Virus record (IMG/VR): IMGVR_UViG_3300020079_000007
Location: 96,001-160,000 of that record
From: a virus
Lineage: Duplodnaviria; Caudoviricetes
DNA length: 64,000 nucleotides
Reading direction: 5' to 3' (one strand)
Position 1 is the stretch's first letter, and each line of letters begins with the position of its first letter. Shown piece after piece: positions 39,201 to 47,325 of the stretch. The notes beneath the pieces were generated by a model. It was not told where the DNA came from. It searched no databases and worked only from the letters and a program-made list of their open reading frames with translations. The position numbers and the translations under genes are program-made.

Positions 39201-40295
39201 TACAACACACTTAAACTTGAAAAAGTATTAGGTGATGATCCTAACAATTACCCAGTTGATTGGAACTATGTAATTCCTGAAGAAAGTGAAGACTTCAAGA
39301 TTAAGTCAAAAGTTGAAACAGACCCAGATAAGGTTAAAGCAACAGGCGTACACGCTGCTCTTAATAAGCTCTACTCTTATATCAATAAACTTGATGTTGC
39401 GGCAATTGATATTGACGAAAGACTTCAGCAATATGCAAGAGACAATGACAAAGAAGTTAAAGATATTAAAGATGAAATCGGAGCTATCAAAGATGAGATT
39501 GGCACAAAGCCTACAGAATCACCTATTGAAGCAGAAACTCTTTGGGGTGCAATTGAAGAGACAAATGTTGCAAACCGTTTAGTTGACGATGTAAATGCAA
39601 ACCTTCAAGTAGCTGATGAGGAAACAATTGTAAAGAATGATGCAACAGAACAATCTGACAGCAATGTTGTAACACCTGCTGCTATGAAAGCTTATGTTGC
39701 AGACATCGTAGAACAGTTGAGAAAAGAATACGATGAAAAGTGTCAGCAAGTAAAAGAACAGGCAATCATCCTTGCATATCTTAAATGCAGTAACATTACA
39801 GTAATCTCAGATAAGACAATTCAAATTGACCACAATGGAGAAAATGAGGACTTCATTTGGGAAGAAGGACATACTCCTAATATAGGTGCTCTTGAAGTTG
39901 TAGGTCCTGTATCAAAGAGATTTGGTAAAGAAATGCGCAAGATCCGCATCATCGATAATGAAGACAACATTACATATGAAGCTTGGTTCGACTATGTTGA
40001 AAAAGAATATAGCAGCAGCTCATCTTACAAACAAAACTTCCTTTTGGGAACAATTGATGTAGGTAACCGCTTAACTCCGGTTATTACAGAGAATAACATC
40101 CAAGGAAATAACTTGAGTCCTGTTATAGAGGAAACTGTTGAGGTTGGAAATAATTTGTCAAGTGTTATCACAGAAGATGTTGAGAACGCTAACAACTTAA
40201 ACCCAGTTATTACTGAAAACAGTCTCACAGTAAATAACTTGACTGTAGGTGATGATGGTGTGACAAATAATTCAACAGACAACTCAGGAGAATAA
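33270..40295 (+). CDS. Giant tail fibre-like protein with tail-collar domain and internal S74 chaperone-like domain
   Basis: Collar LPVGYM..GFLLMNG..LLYKRL (~34880); S74-like TSSIKKK..ALQAIYEMPLATFKYN..FGIIVE..LLKAAKETQERLLNLE (~36620-37070). Confidence 0.65.
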   Translation: MMKKGLTFISERTGQLRYSDIATEEQWIQQTSTYIPIQAIKRGQPVSIATKEDLEIVANGDEVLYEALLNSSDSYVVLTNPTRHTNTIGLALEYTDGHHEIVDGELKTAPKIHIINNGKYIEDANYYAQAFTEEDSYTVAGDADSEYEEYWPPFFDDYENSIGKKIYVKGSADGELTLVKEEAYLAHNNVIVLGFVTDAKLKNKENEKDVGAIEVQVQGDDRGLIDATIFEAVVGEDFVIGDTKVQANGETNCKTKVFALGSEDDEIFEFSFNINQLVNTPMPKGFIALQRIDGKTYIIQTNGEISESLLNEGEAYDYNDRAFYQVAKYYAANYNESIEKVDLAVTEASATNLISKLEAELKNAMAYISQGENVSLKDGHTSNITDLDFDESELGTKHRLICRANDIGGYFDVYVSSNLTGILSDLNIKSHGSFFNRGYAVLADIRNPKRQNIIGIYNSGHTGLVKKGENAIFLKQGLFRDYSNPFEVGERYYLGSHGNIFKVPQEYYNSIISIGYAQYKDALIVDCCDVRQYNNGDLPVGYMKPSIKGEAEFGFLLMNGEPVEYEGHELLYKRLKNWYDEADLKLGSYYFGEVEKTGFIIPKVQYQKHTGEEESYTPAQIKWLAEGVYKEMPRTPFVRRFVDIDYPKQVIDNNGEEEEIILAHQARIPDIDITPLMIYGPEEDRLQIPDLENLDIKFFADLSDGNVPEWVQIDPGFHSFDALTYFGYKWTVTQTNEPSDSNPYGTWVLRAAYNGTQGPNEVDNDDTAMGICYQADPFSPPVSLAGRRARIFVVKHDYYSRQFDVEALFKDYVKESLVDATDQPWISHAISGNAVRQDLYRRVYTKDLLLGSTERRADVNGYIQSIRLNGEALENEDELAAYTLNTNLRLKNPANANDQALDYYNGLLKYYYQNETEDSAISHKASLQTKILNEPYALLPSYMFKAHKELLVKNATAKDFTDHPHGIVNDGYEGNLNAKTLQSANLGYPQHILSNNVTDDVNEVYVEKENAAIAITIPYTQKTTTGDYRTRLGNLTEYRDADGNLIRHTIKTYGNTSELVEDIDIHNGFDYVQRIRGNVGGNSKSMNIKYGFSDDKHDITFEDDDGNPLSLYGTFVQTSSIKKKYVLSRFEGKNSPAIGSEFSDKYIGNGKEQVLNEALQAIYEMPLATFKYNREYLSEDPWYKRYFGIIVERIAATKDNFASDAELTNKTALDEVEYTYTDEEKASIAEYLKLVTDNPEQGMRESTVIGILLKAAKETQERLLNLEVSTYGKDSPTLPGEDEKNPNFTANDQKSTIAGLNRLVKALCREVFQNADPTNINELGGWSEDGENYSRLDLIDKEVNGEAAKDDNQERIFLAKNIGKTYPDAADITEEAVPNEALVPDAENDNDFGSEDAVKYPTDTTYTPNPEEIDDFDGINDAINRIVAKLNQLTININGEDDIKKNPKKLDYIRGTLVTLLRDVYSDGSVDEVENGIYVKKGLSRIDKILQDLYNFDLTYGATRAKVNTYNGKDLYGVENNESASTEMIDSFSSRSPEKIEDIFGKASILDVIIELLSGNENNLVKTKLTPWKDLANNENNWKVNADNTVATTYDNTAELTNNKNSRNHYTVLQRLDDIEKALTLMFSRFANKTDFTKDTSRVGEGAYDGVTSVDDYMKFLRRNSGLCFHSAGLYADKVENDERTTAAKAITAEDWVRPVHDTVDNFDVYDTIYDAIKRIKNSEMNLGYNNAKLGTDYDTYKNGNTRITKDAYETLAPNGEVPTPDYTVTSDMRAVLKLLYGSDLANADASNNKTGSVHFNVTDEASDNFKNSPNGVSVIDALYKMLYNVPQAYNYDAGAGTSSRLSGTVDAIFENAKGFDPAVPKAHIAVGESESPVADGHRKGFILQNKDGNAYRKNRIDVLEDWIKAIYRYVGFGSTEDPYYFIGDLHLTFEDRDDGDKDVFVNGKQYCTTAYNKKYITESGNYTLAEIALQSYYNTLKLEKVLGDDPNNYPVDWNYVIPEESEDFKIKSKVETDPDKVKATGVHAALNKLYSYINKLDVAAIDIDERLQQYARDNDKEVKDIKDEIGAIKDEIGTKPTESPIEAETLWGAIEETNVANRLVDDVNANLQVADEETIVKNDATEQSDSNVVTPAAMKAYVADIVEQLRKEYDEKCQQVKEQAIILAYLKCSNITVISDKTIQIDHNGENEDFIWEEGHTPNIGALEVVGPVSKRFGKEMRKIRIIDNEDNITYEAWFDYVEKEYSSSSSYKQNFLLGTIDVGNRLTPVITENNIQGNNLSPVIEETVEVGNNLSSVITEDVENANNLNPVITENSLTVNNLTVGDDGVTNNSTDNSGE
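40062..40240 (+). repeat. Coding tandem repeat, 14 aa (42 bp), ~4.3 copies
   Basis: GNRLTPVITENNIQ GNNLSPVIEETVEV GNNLSSVITEDVEN ANNLNPVITENSLT VNNL. Confidence 0.8.
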
Positions 40296-40316
40296 CTAAA
40301 TATTAGGAGATAGAAA

Positions 40317-40679
40317 ATGGCAAAAAGATATGAGGCAACACATGAGACTTTAGCAAATGCTTCTTATGAGGTAAGATTGATAAACAACAAAATTGTTGTA
40401 AGCAACATTTCAGGTATAAATGAAGGCTTGTATGCAAAGATTGGGAAAACTCCCGTTACTATTATGGGGCAAGATTATAATCTTGATGTTCCAAATGATA
40501 TAACATCTATTGAAGATGCTGCAGAAGAAATTAAGTCAATCTTGTATGTGTTGAATTTACCTACAAGCGATAATCCAGATGGTGAAGCAATCAATGACGC
40601 AAAAAATATCGCAGGTGTAGCTGACCCAGACCTTACATTCAAACAACTTACACCAATAACAATACCAGCAGCAAACTAA
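40317..40679 (+). CDS. Hypothetical late protein
   Basis: ACTAAAT motif and AGGAG SD. Confidence 0.6.
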   Translation: MAKRYEATHETLANASYEVRLINNKIVVSNISGINEGLYAKIGKTPVTIMGQDYNLDVPNDITSIEDAAEEIKSILYVLNLPTSDNPDGEAINDAKNIAGVADPDLTFKQLTPITIPAAN

Positions 40680-40687
40680 AATAAATT

Positions 40688-41701
40688 ATGTCAAACAACT
40701 TATATGGTGAACAGTATAGCTGTTCACCTGTAGCACAAACAGTATCTTTAACTCTTCAGCATCTTACGATAGATGGCAAGACTTTAGCAGGTGAACAAGC
40801 AGACTACTCAAGTTTCTTTTCAGGCGGTACAACTGAGAAGTTTTTGTTACTTATTAAAGCCCCATTAAAATACTCTTTGTGGTTTGATTATGATTACAAT
40901 AAAAAAGACGATAATGATGTAAGAGTGCCTAACGGGCTCTTTGAAGGTTTGATTTTCAACATTGATAGCTCTTCAGATGCAAACTGTGAAATACTTCCTA
41001 TGTTTGTTGATGACAATGGGAATCCTATTAGAATGTTTGCAGTATTCAAAATATATCGTAATTTGAATTATGATGCAAACTCAGGTGAAAGCTGGAGAAC
41101 AGACTTATTTAATTTCTTAAAGCAGCATTTATATCTTCTTGACAGTATAGTTGATGATAACAATAATGATTTAAAATCAGACTTGATATATTTTGAACAA
41201 TCTCGAGAGCCGCCAGCAAATTATGGTGGGTATTTTTGTTATACAATTGCTGGCCACGTTGAGCAAGCATTAAGTAGAGACATTCTTAAAAAAGATGCAT
41301 ACTTTTGTTGCGTTAATGAAAGAGAAGATGCTTCTTATAAAAGGTTTGTATCTTTGCATTATTGTATTCGTTTTGCGTGCAATGGTAGGGAAGTGTATTA
41401 TGACACAACTACTAATCAATATACTTATAAAAAACCTCAAAAATATACAACTTTTTATGAAGCTGATACAACAAAAGGAGTAAATGAAAAGGACGCTCTT
41501 GCAGGATCATATGATGATTGCACAATGATAGATCCGTTTTTTGATAATTACAAAACGCCATCTGCTTACATAATCAATTCTTTAGGAGAAACATTTTTCT
41601 CTAAATTTGAAAATGCCCGCAAAATACAAAATCTTGCAGGCCAATCAGTTGGGACTGATAAAGTACTTCGTCCTATGATGTATATTACTTCACAAAGCTA
41701 A
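40688..41701 (+). CDS. Hypothetical protein
   Basis: 337-aa ORF following the tail fibre module. Confidence 0.6.
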   Translation: MSNNLYGEQYSCSPVAQTVSLTLQHLTIDGKTLAGEQADYSSFFSGGTTEKFLLLIKAPLKYSLWFDYDYNKKDDNDVRVPNGLFEGLIFNIDSSSDANCEILPMFVDDNGNPIRMFAVFKIYRNLNYDANSGESWRTDLFNFLKQHLYLLDSIVDDNNNDLKSDLIYFEQSREPPANYGGYFCYTIAGHVEQALSRDILKKDAYFCCVNEREDASYKRFVSLHYCIRFACNGREVYYDTTTNQYTYKKPQKYTTFYEADTTKGVNEKDALAGSYDDCTMIDPFFDNYKTPSAYIINSLGETFFSKFENARKIQNLAGQSVGTDKVLRPMMYITSQS

Positions 41702-42539
41702 CGCCATCAGGAGTCATAAAGCCAGCTTTTACAGTTGCAGGACAACCTGAGAAACCTTCTTTATTTGGCTGAGACCCACAATAAGGACACCAAGAACAAG
41801 AATGGGTCATATTGCCGCGGGCTCTTGACCAGTTCATTGTATGAATTGCTTCAATGTTTCCGATGTAGTGATTGTTGATTAAGTCTTCCATTTCTTCAGC
41901 AGTGTATTTGATTTCTTTTACACCGCGAAGCATATTCTGCTCAACTGTTTTATTTTCCAAATCCTTTTGCATAGGACCAAAAATAAACAACTTTACACGA
42001 GCAGCAGTCTGTTCGATTGTCCAACCTTTTTCAAGGCCTTTCATATAAGCATACAAAACTTGCTGAGGCTTGTAAGAGTTTGCGTTGATTGAAGCGCCTG
42101 TCTTATAATCATAGATAATTATTTCATCATCTTTTTCAAGGCACAAGTCAAGATAACCGATAAAAGGTTCATTGTTGATTGTATTTTTTACTTTGCCTTC
42201 CTGAGAAACTTTCCAGCCTTCAGCTTCTTTTGGAGCAATCAATTTATTCCAAAAGGCGAAAAACTTTGCAACAGCAGGATGATAGTCATAATAAAATTCT
42301 TTTTCTGGGTCAGTTACATTTACTTTGTAATGTTCAATTCTTTCATTAAGAATTTTCCAGAAATCTTCTTCAGACATACCTGTATGATACTTTTCAGCTG
42401 TTTCGTGAAAAGCAGATCCTTTATCTGCAAGTTGTGTGTTTACAGGCGCGGTTGATTTCCAATGTTCAACGTAATTGAGTTTATATTTAAGTGGGCATTC
42501 AACGAAACAACCGACTTTTGATGCTGACCAATTTGCCAT
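41685..42539 (-). CDS. Cas4/RecB-like PD-(D/E)XK exonuclease
   Basis: WSASK..ECP, GSAFH, GYLDL..YDYKTG, Q..LY, CSWCPYCG..C. Confidence 0.85.
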   Translation of the reverse strand: MANWSASKVGCFVECPLKYKLNYVEHWKSTAPVNTQLADKGSAFHETAEKYHTGMSEEDFWKILNERIEHYKVNVTDPEKEFYYDYHPAVAKFFAFWNKLIAPKEAEGWKVSQEGKVKNTINNEPFIGYLDLCLEKDDEIIIYDYKTGASINANSYKPQQVLYAYMKGLEKGWTIEQTAARVKLFIFGPMQKDLENKTVEQNMLRGVKEIKYTAEEMEDLINNHYIGNIEAIHTMNWSRARGNMTHSCSWCPYCGSQPNKEGFSGCPATVKAGFMTPDGVSFVK

Positions 42540-42557
42540 AATTTTTCCTTCAATAAT

Positions 42558-42586
42558 AATATAAAGTGTTTTTTACTCGGGTTTAA
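42558..42586 (-). promoter_or_regulatory. Early-type promoter TTAAAC-N17-TATATT
   Basis: Repeated motif with exact spacing. Confidence 0.65.
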
Positions 42587-43406
42587 TTATTTCTTTGAAA
42601 ACTTCAAAGTTATTTGAATAAGGTCCGTCATAAATTGCAAAAACAATTGTCTTAAAAAGAGTAGCTTTGATATATGCAGCGTCTTTCCAAGCTTTTGCAA
42701 CTGTTGCTGGGTCATTCTTAAATGCGCCGCATCCAAAAGCACCTACGACAATATGATCTACCTTCTTTTTATATGCAACATCGAAAATGCGACAAGCTCT
42801 TTTGTAATGAATGTTATAAAGTTCTTCATTGTCGACTTTACGGTCTATCGCTTTATCGACATTGAACATATCGCAATTCTTTTCACGAAGGTTTGGTGCT
42901 GCACAAGTAATTACATCAATCTTTGGATATGGGCTCTTCAAAAGAGTATAATTATCAGCTTTGAAAACTGCAACTTTAGGAGTCCAAATAATGTCGTCAT
43001 TGTGAAGTGGGTCGAGATTATCACGATGTGGTTTATAAAACTCATTCCAGCATTTTTCGTTTGAGATTGTGTTATATAAAGTTGAACAACGGCAAAGGCT
43101 CTCTTCCTGAGCTGATGACCCTTTTACAACGCCTCCGCCTGCAGTTGTTGCTGAAGCAAAGTTGAGTGCTGCAACATTACCACCAAGCTTTTCAAACAAA
43201 CTTCTTGCAGCGTCAAAAGTACCCGACTTTATAACTGCAATGTTCGCTGATTTTGAATTGATTGAAGGTTCAAGCTTCAAATCTTTTCCTTCAGGAATTA
43301 CTTGCATATACTGATTTGTGTAAGTTATCACATCCTGCAATTCTTTTGTGTTTGCAATTCTTGCACAACTGTCTCTAAAAACCTCAATGTTACTTTCCCT
43401 GCTCAT
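42573..43406 (-). CDS. Bacterial-type PARG macrodomain (TIGR02452/DUF2263-like)
   Basis: LNFASA..GGG..GSSAQEESLCRCSTLY and GAFGCGAF. Confidence 0.88.
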   Translation of the reverse strand: MSRESNIEVFRDSCARIANTKELQDVITYTNQYMQVIPEGKDLKLEPSINSKSANIAVIKSGTFDAARSLFEKLGGNVAALNFASATTAGGGVVKGSSAQEESLCRCSTLYNTISNEKCWNEFYKPHRDNLDPLHNDDIIWTPKVAVFKADNYTLLKSPYPKIDVITCAAPNLREKNCDMFNVDKAIDRKVDNEELYNIHYKRACRIFDVAYKKKVDHIVVGAFGCGAFKNDPATVAKAWKDAAYIKATLFKTIVFAIYDGPYSNNFEVFKEIIKPE

Positions 43407-43764
43407 TTTCGCCTTTCCTATAAGTACCTACATATTCTGACTGAGGTTCATTAGCAATTTCCTCATCAGTAATATTAACGCCTCTATCTTTATATGCAGC
43501 AATAAGCATTTCAAGAGGTGAATGTGGGTGTTTCATAAAGAATTCATCTTCGTGTCTTGGGAAACGAATATCTGATATGTAACCGCATCCCATACAATAC
43601 ATATCAAATCTTGACTTTTTATCTTCAGTATCAATATAACTGAAAATTGGAGCAGAACATTTACAATGCCCCATCATAACAAGATTGTTGGATATGTCTT
43701 TTGTTGCTTTCAACGATTCATTTTTTAATATGTTCTTTCCAACCTTTTTTGCTTTTGAACTCAT
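43390..43764 (-). CDS. Small Zn-binding hypothetical protein
   Basis: HCKC..YCMGCG. Confidence 0.55.
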   Translation of the reverse strand: MSSKAKKVGKNILKNESLKATKDISNNLVMMGHCKCSAPIFSYIDTEDKKSRFDMYCMGCGYISDIRFPRHEDEFFMKHPHSPLEMLIAAYKDRGVNITDEEIANEPQSEYVGTYRKGENEQGK

Positions 43765-43797
43765 CTTCTACCTCTGAATTATATTAACTAATTCTAT

Positions 43798-44532
43798 ATG
43801 GACGAAGAAAACAAAAATCAGACAGAAGAACAGCAAACACAGAACAATGCAGCTGCACAACCCGCAGCCGCTGCTCCTGCTGATAATACACAGCAGGCTG
43901 CTCCTGCTGAACAACCTGAAGATAACGGTGTTGATGTAGACCCAACAGTTGACTCAGGCGACCAAGTTTCAGCAGCTGCTCAGGACCAACAGGAAACAGG
44001 TGACGCTCCAATGAAAATGCCTGCAGCCGCTCCAGTACCAGCAGGCGGAGGGTTATCATCAGAAGGACAGCCACTTGAACTTGACGATGGTACTGATGTA
44101 AATGTTGCTCAAGATACTTCTTTACAATATGACGCAATCAATCCTGAAGGTGATGCTTCAATATCTTTTGCAAGCGGAAACTTCAAGAACATATCACAGA
44201 TTCCTCAAGTAGTTAATCAAAAAATTGTTACCATCACAAAAACAGTTATGCCTCTTTGTGAAGCAGGCCTTATTGAATTATTAGGAAACAATAAAGCTTA
44301 TAAAGGCAACAGTTTTAATGCAAACTTTAATATCTTGAACGGTGAGCCTCAGTTTGAAGTCAACGCTGAATACAGTGTTGAGCCTTGGATAGGAACTGAT
44401 ATTTCACAACAAGATATTGCAGAAGATGCAAAGTATTTACTTGACAGACTTAAGGTTGTCCCAGGTGTTCAATGGAACGAGTGTTCTATCGACTGTACCT
44501 CAGGAATATTTAAGTTAGGTTTCATAATCTAA
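43798..44532 (+). CDS. Hypothetical late protein with low-complexity acidic N-terminus
   Basis: Start 4 nt after ACTAATT, no SD. Confidence 0.6.
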   Translation: MDEENKNQTEEQQTQNNAAAQPAAAAPADNTQQAAPAEQPEDNGVDVDPTVDSGDQVSAAAQDQQETGDAPMKMPAAAPVPAGGGLSSEGQPLELDDGTDVNVAQDTSLQYDAINPEGDASISFASGNFKNISQIPQVVNQKIVTITKTVMPLCEAGLIELLGNNKAYKGNSFNANFNILNGEPQFEVNAEYSVEPWIGTDISQQDIAEDAKYLLDRLKVVPGVQWNECSIDCTSGIFKLGFII

Positions 44533-44604
44533 CTAATTAAATAAACGATAGTCAATAGTTAGGTCATTCCTAAGCCTGATTATTGATAAATATAGGAGAA
44601 TAAA

Positions 44605-45312
44605 ATGGCAGTAAATCCAGACCAGCTTTGGAGTACTTTAGACAAAATCGAGCAAAAACTTCTTTCAATAGTTGATGACTTCGATGCAGTTTCACAGGCT
44701 GCAGTTGCACTTGGCGGAAATGTTGCACACGTTTTGCCAATTCAGTTAAATGCATCTGCTGACGCTGTTCTTAACTTGGTTAATGGAGCAGGACAGAACT
44801 CCATTAAAAACTTGAAGGACTATGTTGACAACATCCCTCTTGGAGATTTGAGAACAAAGTCTGCAGGCGAAGCAATCCGTAACGGTCAGCGTGAAGCTCC
44901 TACTCAGGGAAATGCACCAACTGCTCCTGCAATTGATACAACACCTCACGTAGGCGACGCTCCTAAATCTGCAATTGTAAATGAAGGCAAGGAAATCAAT
45001 CTTGACGATTACAAAAAGCAGCCAATGAAAGAAGCAAAAAAGTTGAATGAAAACGGTGAGTTCTCATTTGATGCAATTCTTGATGAAGCAGATATTGACG
45101 GTGAAGGTTATGATTCAAATGTTCCTGAAGCTGATACTGAATACCTTGAGTCTGATTTGACAGATGACTTTAACGATGATTTTGAAGATGAAGACAACTT
45201 CTCTTTTGATGACTTCGAAGCTGACAGAATTGCAAATATGGATAACCCACCAATTGACCCATCTTATGAAGATGCATTTGCTTTTGGTGAAGAGTTTTCT
45301 GAAAACAACTAA
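44605..45312 (+). CDS. Hypothetical protein with very acidic C-terminus
   Basis: AGGAG SD; D/E/F-rich tail. Confidence 0.6.
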   Translation: MAVNPDQLWSTLDKIEQKLLSIVDDFDAVSQAAVALGGNVAHVLPIQLNASADAVLNLVNGAGQNSIKNLKDYVDNIPLGDLRTKSAGEAIRNGQREAPTQGNAPTAPAIDTTPHVGDAPKSAIVNEGKEINLDDYKKQPMKEAKKLNENGEFSFDAILDEADIDGEGYDSNVPEADTEYLESDLTDDFNDDFEDEDNFSFDDFEADRIANMDNPPIDPSYEDAFAFGEEFSENN

Positions 45313-45332
45313 TGTTAAATTGAAATAAAATT

Positions 45333-45357
45333 GGCGAGGAAGTTCCTCGCCTTTTTT
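45333..45357 (+). terminator. Intrinsic terminator
   Basis: GGCGAGGA-agt-TCCTCGCC-TTTTTT. Confidence 0.8.
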
Positions 45358-45361
45358 GTTT

Positions 45362-46663
45362 TTAAATATGTTGTCCTACAAGACCCGTGATCTTCTTTTT
45401 GTTTATCTTTTCAGGCGTTGGTGCCATATCGTTCGAGTCTGCTTTTGTTGTTACTGATAAGTTGAAAGTTGTAATGTTTCCACTTGTTGAATAAGTCAAA
45501 ATAACAAGGTCATAAGTTGAGCTTGGGTTCAATCCTTCGATAGTAACTTCTTTTGATTTACAATCTGTTATGATAATAGGATCTTTTCTTCCTGGGACTA
45601 TGATACGCATCTCTTGGAAGTATTTATGGTCAGCATTCTTTATTTTGTATTTGATAACAGCAGAATGCGGTGTTGATGTCGGTTCATAATAATAAAAAGC
45701 ATCAAGGTTTACTTCTGTTGTCTCTGTAAAGTAACCCTTAATAATATCATAAGTTGTTGTATTCATCAAATGCTTTCCAAGAATCTGAACTTGCTCTTCT
45801 GTATAATCTGTATCTTCGAAAAACTTTTTTGCATACATATTAAGTTCTTCATCTTTAGGGTCTACAGGAGACTCCAAATCAATGTTATCCCATTTATCAG
45901 CAACAAATTCCAAAACAGTTTCTTCTGTAAGAAACATATTGTCGCCTTCATCAACATTGTAATTTGAAAATCTATAAGGAAGGCGAATGACACCCATCTT
46001 TGGAATAATAACTTGATATGAACGAACAGTAAACTCAACCTCAATAGGAAATATACGCTGCTGCTCAAGGAACTTAAGTTCTTCCCATTCAGGTGTTGTG
46101 TTTACACTTTCAATTGTTAAATAAGATGGGATTGCAATAGGATGTCCTTTCCAATTAAAAACAGAATACATCCACGCAGGATGTTTAGGTTCTTGTTCCC
46201 AATAAAGAAGTTGCTGTGCAGCTCTTACATCTTCACGAGAACTAAAAAATATCTGAGCCTTATAAGTTGACTTACAAGCAAGAGAACGAAGTCTTCTATA
46301 TAAAGTCATATCATAAATACCAAGAACAGCTTGTGAAGTGTTTTGAGCAAAAGGACGGTCGTCTGCTTCCCAGTCACTTGATTGATGATATGCAGCAAAA
46401 GGCAAGTTTAATGATATAGGTGAAAGCTGTGTATCTTCCATCTTTCCTCTATCCATTGTTTCAATTCTTCTACGGAAAACTGAATCTGAAGGAGAGAATA
46501 CAACACGACTCTTATCTTTCATAAACAACAAATCAGCCAAAAATTTTTCGATACAACACTTGACTGATTGGTGTATGTCAATCCATTTTGAGCCTATCTC
46601 ATCTTCATAAAAACTTTTAATGTATTCATCTCTTGCCATAATTGAATTAGTTGAATTTATCAT
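45362..46663 (-). CDS. Tail completion/sheath-stabiliser-like protein with C-terminal fibronectin type III domain
   Basis: LNLPFAAY in the N-terminal domain; VTIEGLNPSSTYDLVILTY FN3 signature. Confidence 0.5.
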   Translation of the reverse strand: MINSTNSIMARDEYIKSFYEDEIGSKWIDIHQSVKCCIEKFLADLLFMKDKSRVVFSPSDSVFRRRIETMDRGKMEDTQLSPISLNLPFAAYHQSSDWEADDRPFAQNTSQAVLGIYDMTLYRRLRSLACKSTYKAQIFFSSREDVRAAQQLLYWEQEPKHPAWMYSVFNWKGHPIAIPSYLTIESVNTTPEWEELKFLEQQRIFPIEVEFTVRSYQVIIPKMGVIRLPYRFSNYNVDEGDNMFLTEETVLEFVADKWDNIDLESPVDPKDEELNMYAKKFFEDTDYTEEQVQILGKHLMNTTTYDIIKGYFTETTEVNLDAFYYYEPTSTPHSAVIKYKIKNADHKYFQEMRIIVPGRKDPIIITDCKSKEVTIEGLNPSSTYDLVILTYSTSGNITTFNLSVTTKADSNDMAPTPEKINKKKITGLVGQHI

Positions 46664-47325
46664 TTTTTGTTTTTAGTAAATCCTATAAAGTAACCTTCTG
46701 GGCATTCTTTACAAAATTTATTATGAACGCCATCAGTGTACCAATGTTTGCCTATCTTAGCGTCTCTTAATTTTTGTTTATACCCATTTGATTGTGTTCT
46801 AATCTTTGCGGCTGCTTTCATTCTCTCAATTGTTTCTGAAGACTTTTTACGGCCTTTATTAGTTTTTGAACTTACAGCTCTTGCTTTGCGCAAGTTTTCT
46901 TTCCCTTCATCAGTCAAGGATCTGCGCTTTGCAGCATCACTCATCGACTTTCGTGCTTCATCAGAGAGCCGTTTACCTTTCTTGGCTTCACTTATTTTTC
47001 TTCTTGTTTCCTCTGACCTTTTACCACTCACACAAAATCTTAAAATAAGCCCGCCTAAAGTGTAGTTTACATTATTAGTACTATATGCTTTGTCATTCAA
47101 TATTAAAAATGTTTCAAGAAAGTTGGCTTTATCTTGAGTGTCTGTATAAATTATGATTTCACGATTTACTATAGCGTCCTCGGGATGACTTTTGCGATAT
47201 GATGACGATGTTATATATTTGTCATTTAACTTTGTTTGTTTATGTTGACCTATGTATGTAGCGCCACTTTTAAAAGTTATTTTGTAAATGTAAAAAATTG
47301 GGCTTCTTACTAATTGATTAGATAT
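46660..47325 (-). CDS. GIY-YIG (Seg-like) homing endonuclease with NUMOD3 repeats; start codon ATA
   Basis: In-frame extension upstream of the listed ORF gives FYIYKITFKSGATYIGQH..DKYITSS..FLE; RSEETRRKISEAKKG repeats; SD AAGGGG 8 nt before ATA. Confidence 0.8.
   Translation of the reverse strand: MSNQLVRSPIFYIYKITFKSGATYIGQHKQTKLNDKYITSSSYRKSHPEDAIVNREIIIYTDTQDKANFLETFLILNDKAYSTNNVNYTLGGLILRFCVSGKRSEETRRKISEAKKGKRLSDEARKSMSDAAKRRSLTDEGKENLRKARAVSSKTNKGRKKSSETIERMKAAAKIRTQSNGYKQKLRDAKIGKHWYTDGVHNKFCKECPEGYFIGFTKNKK

Noticed and set aside
41685-42539. Cas4-like gene as evidence of CRISPR-Cas
   Set aside because: No repeat-spacer array or other cas genes were seen; solo Cas4-like nucleases are common in phages.
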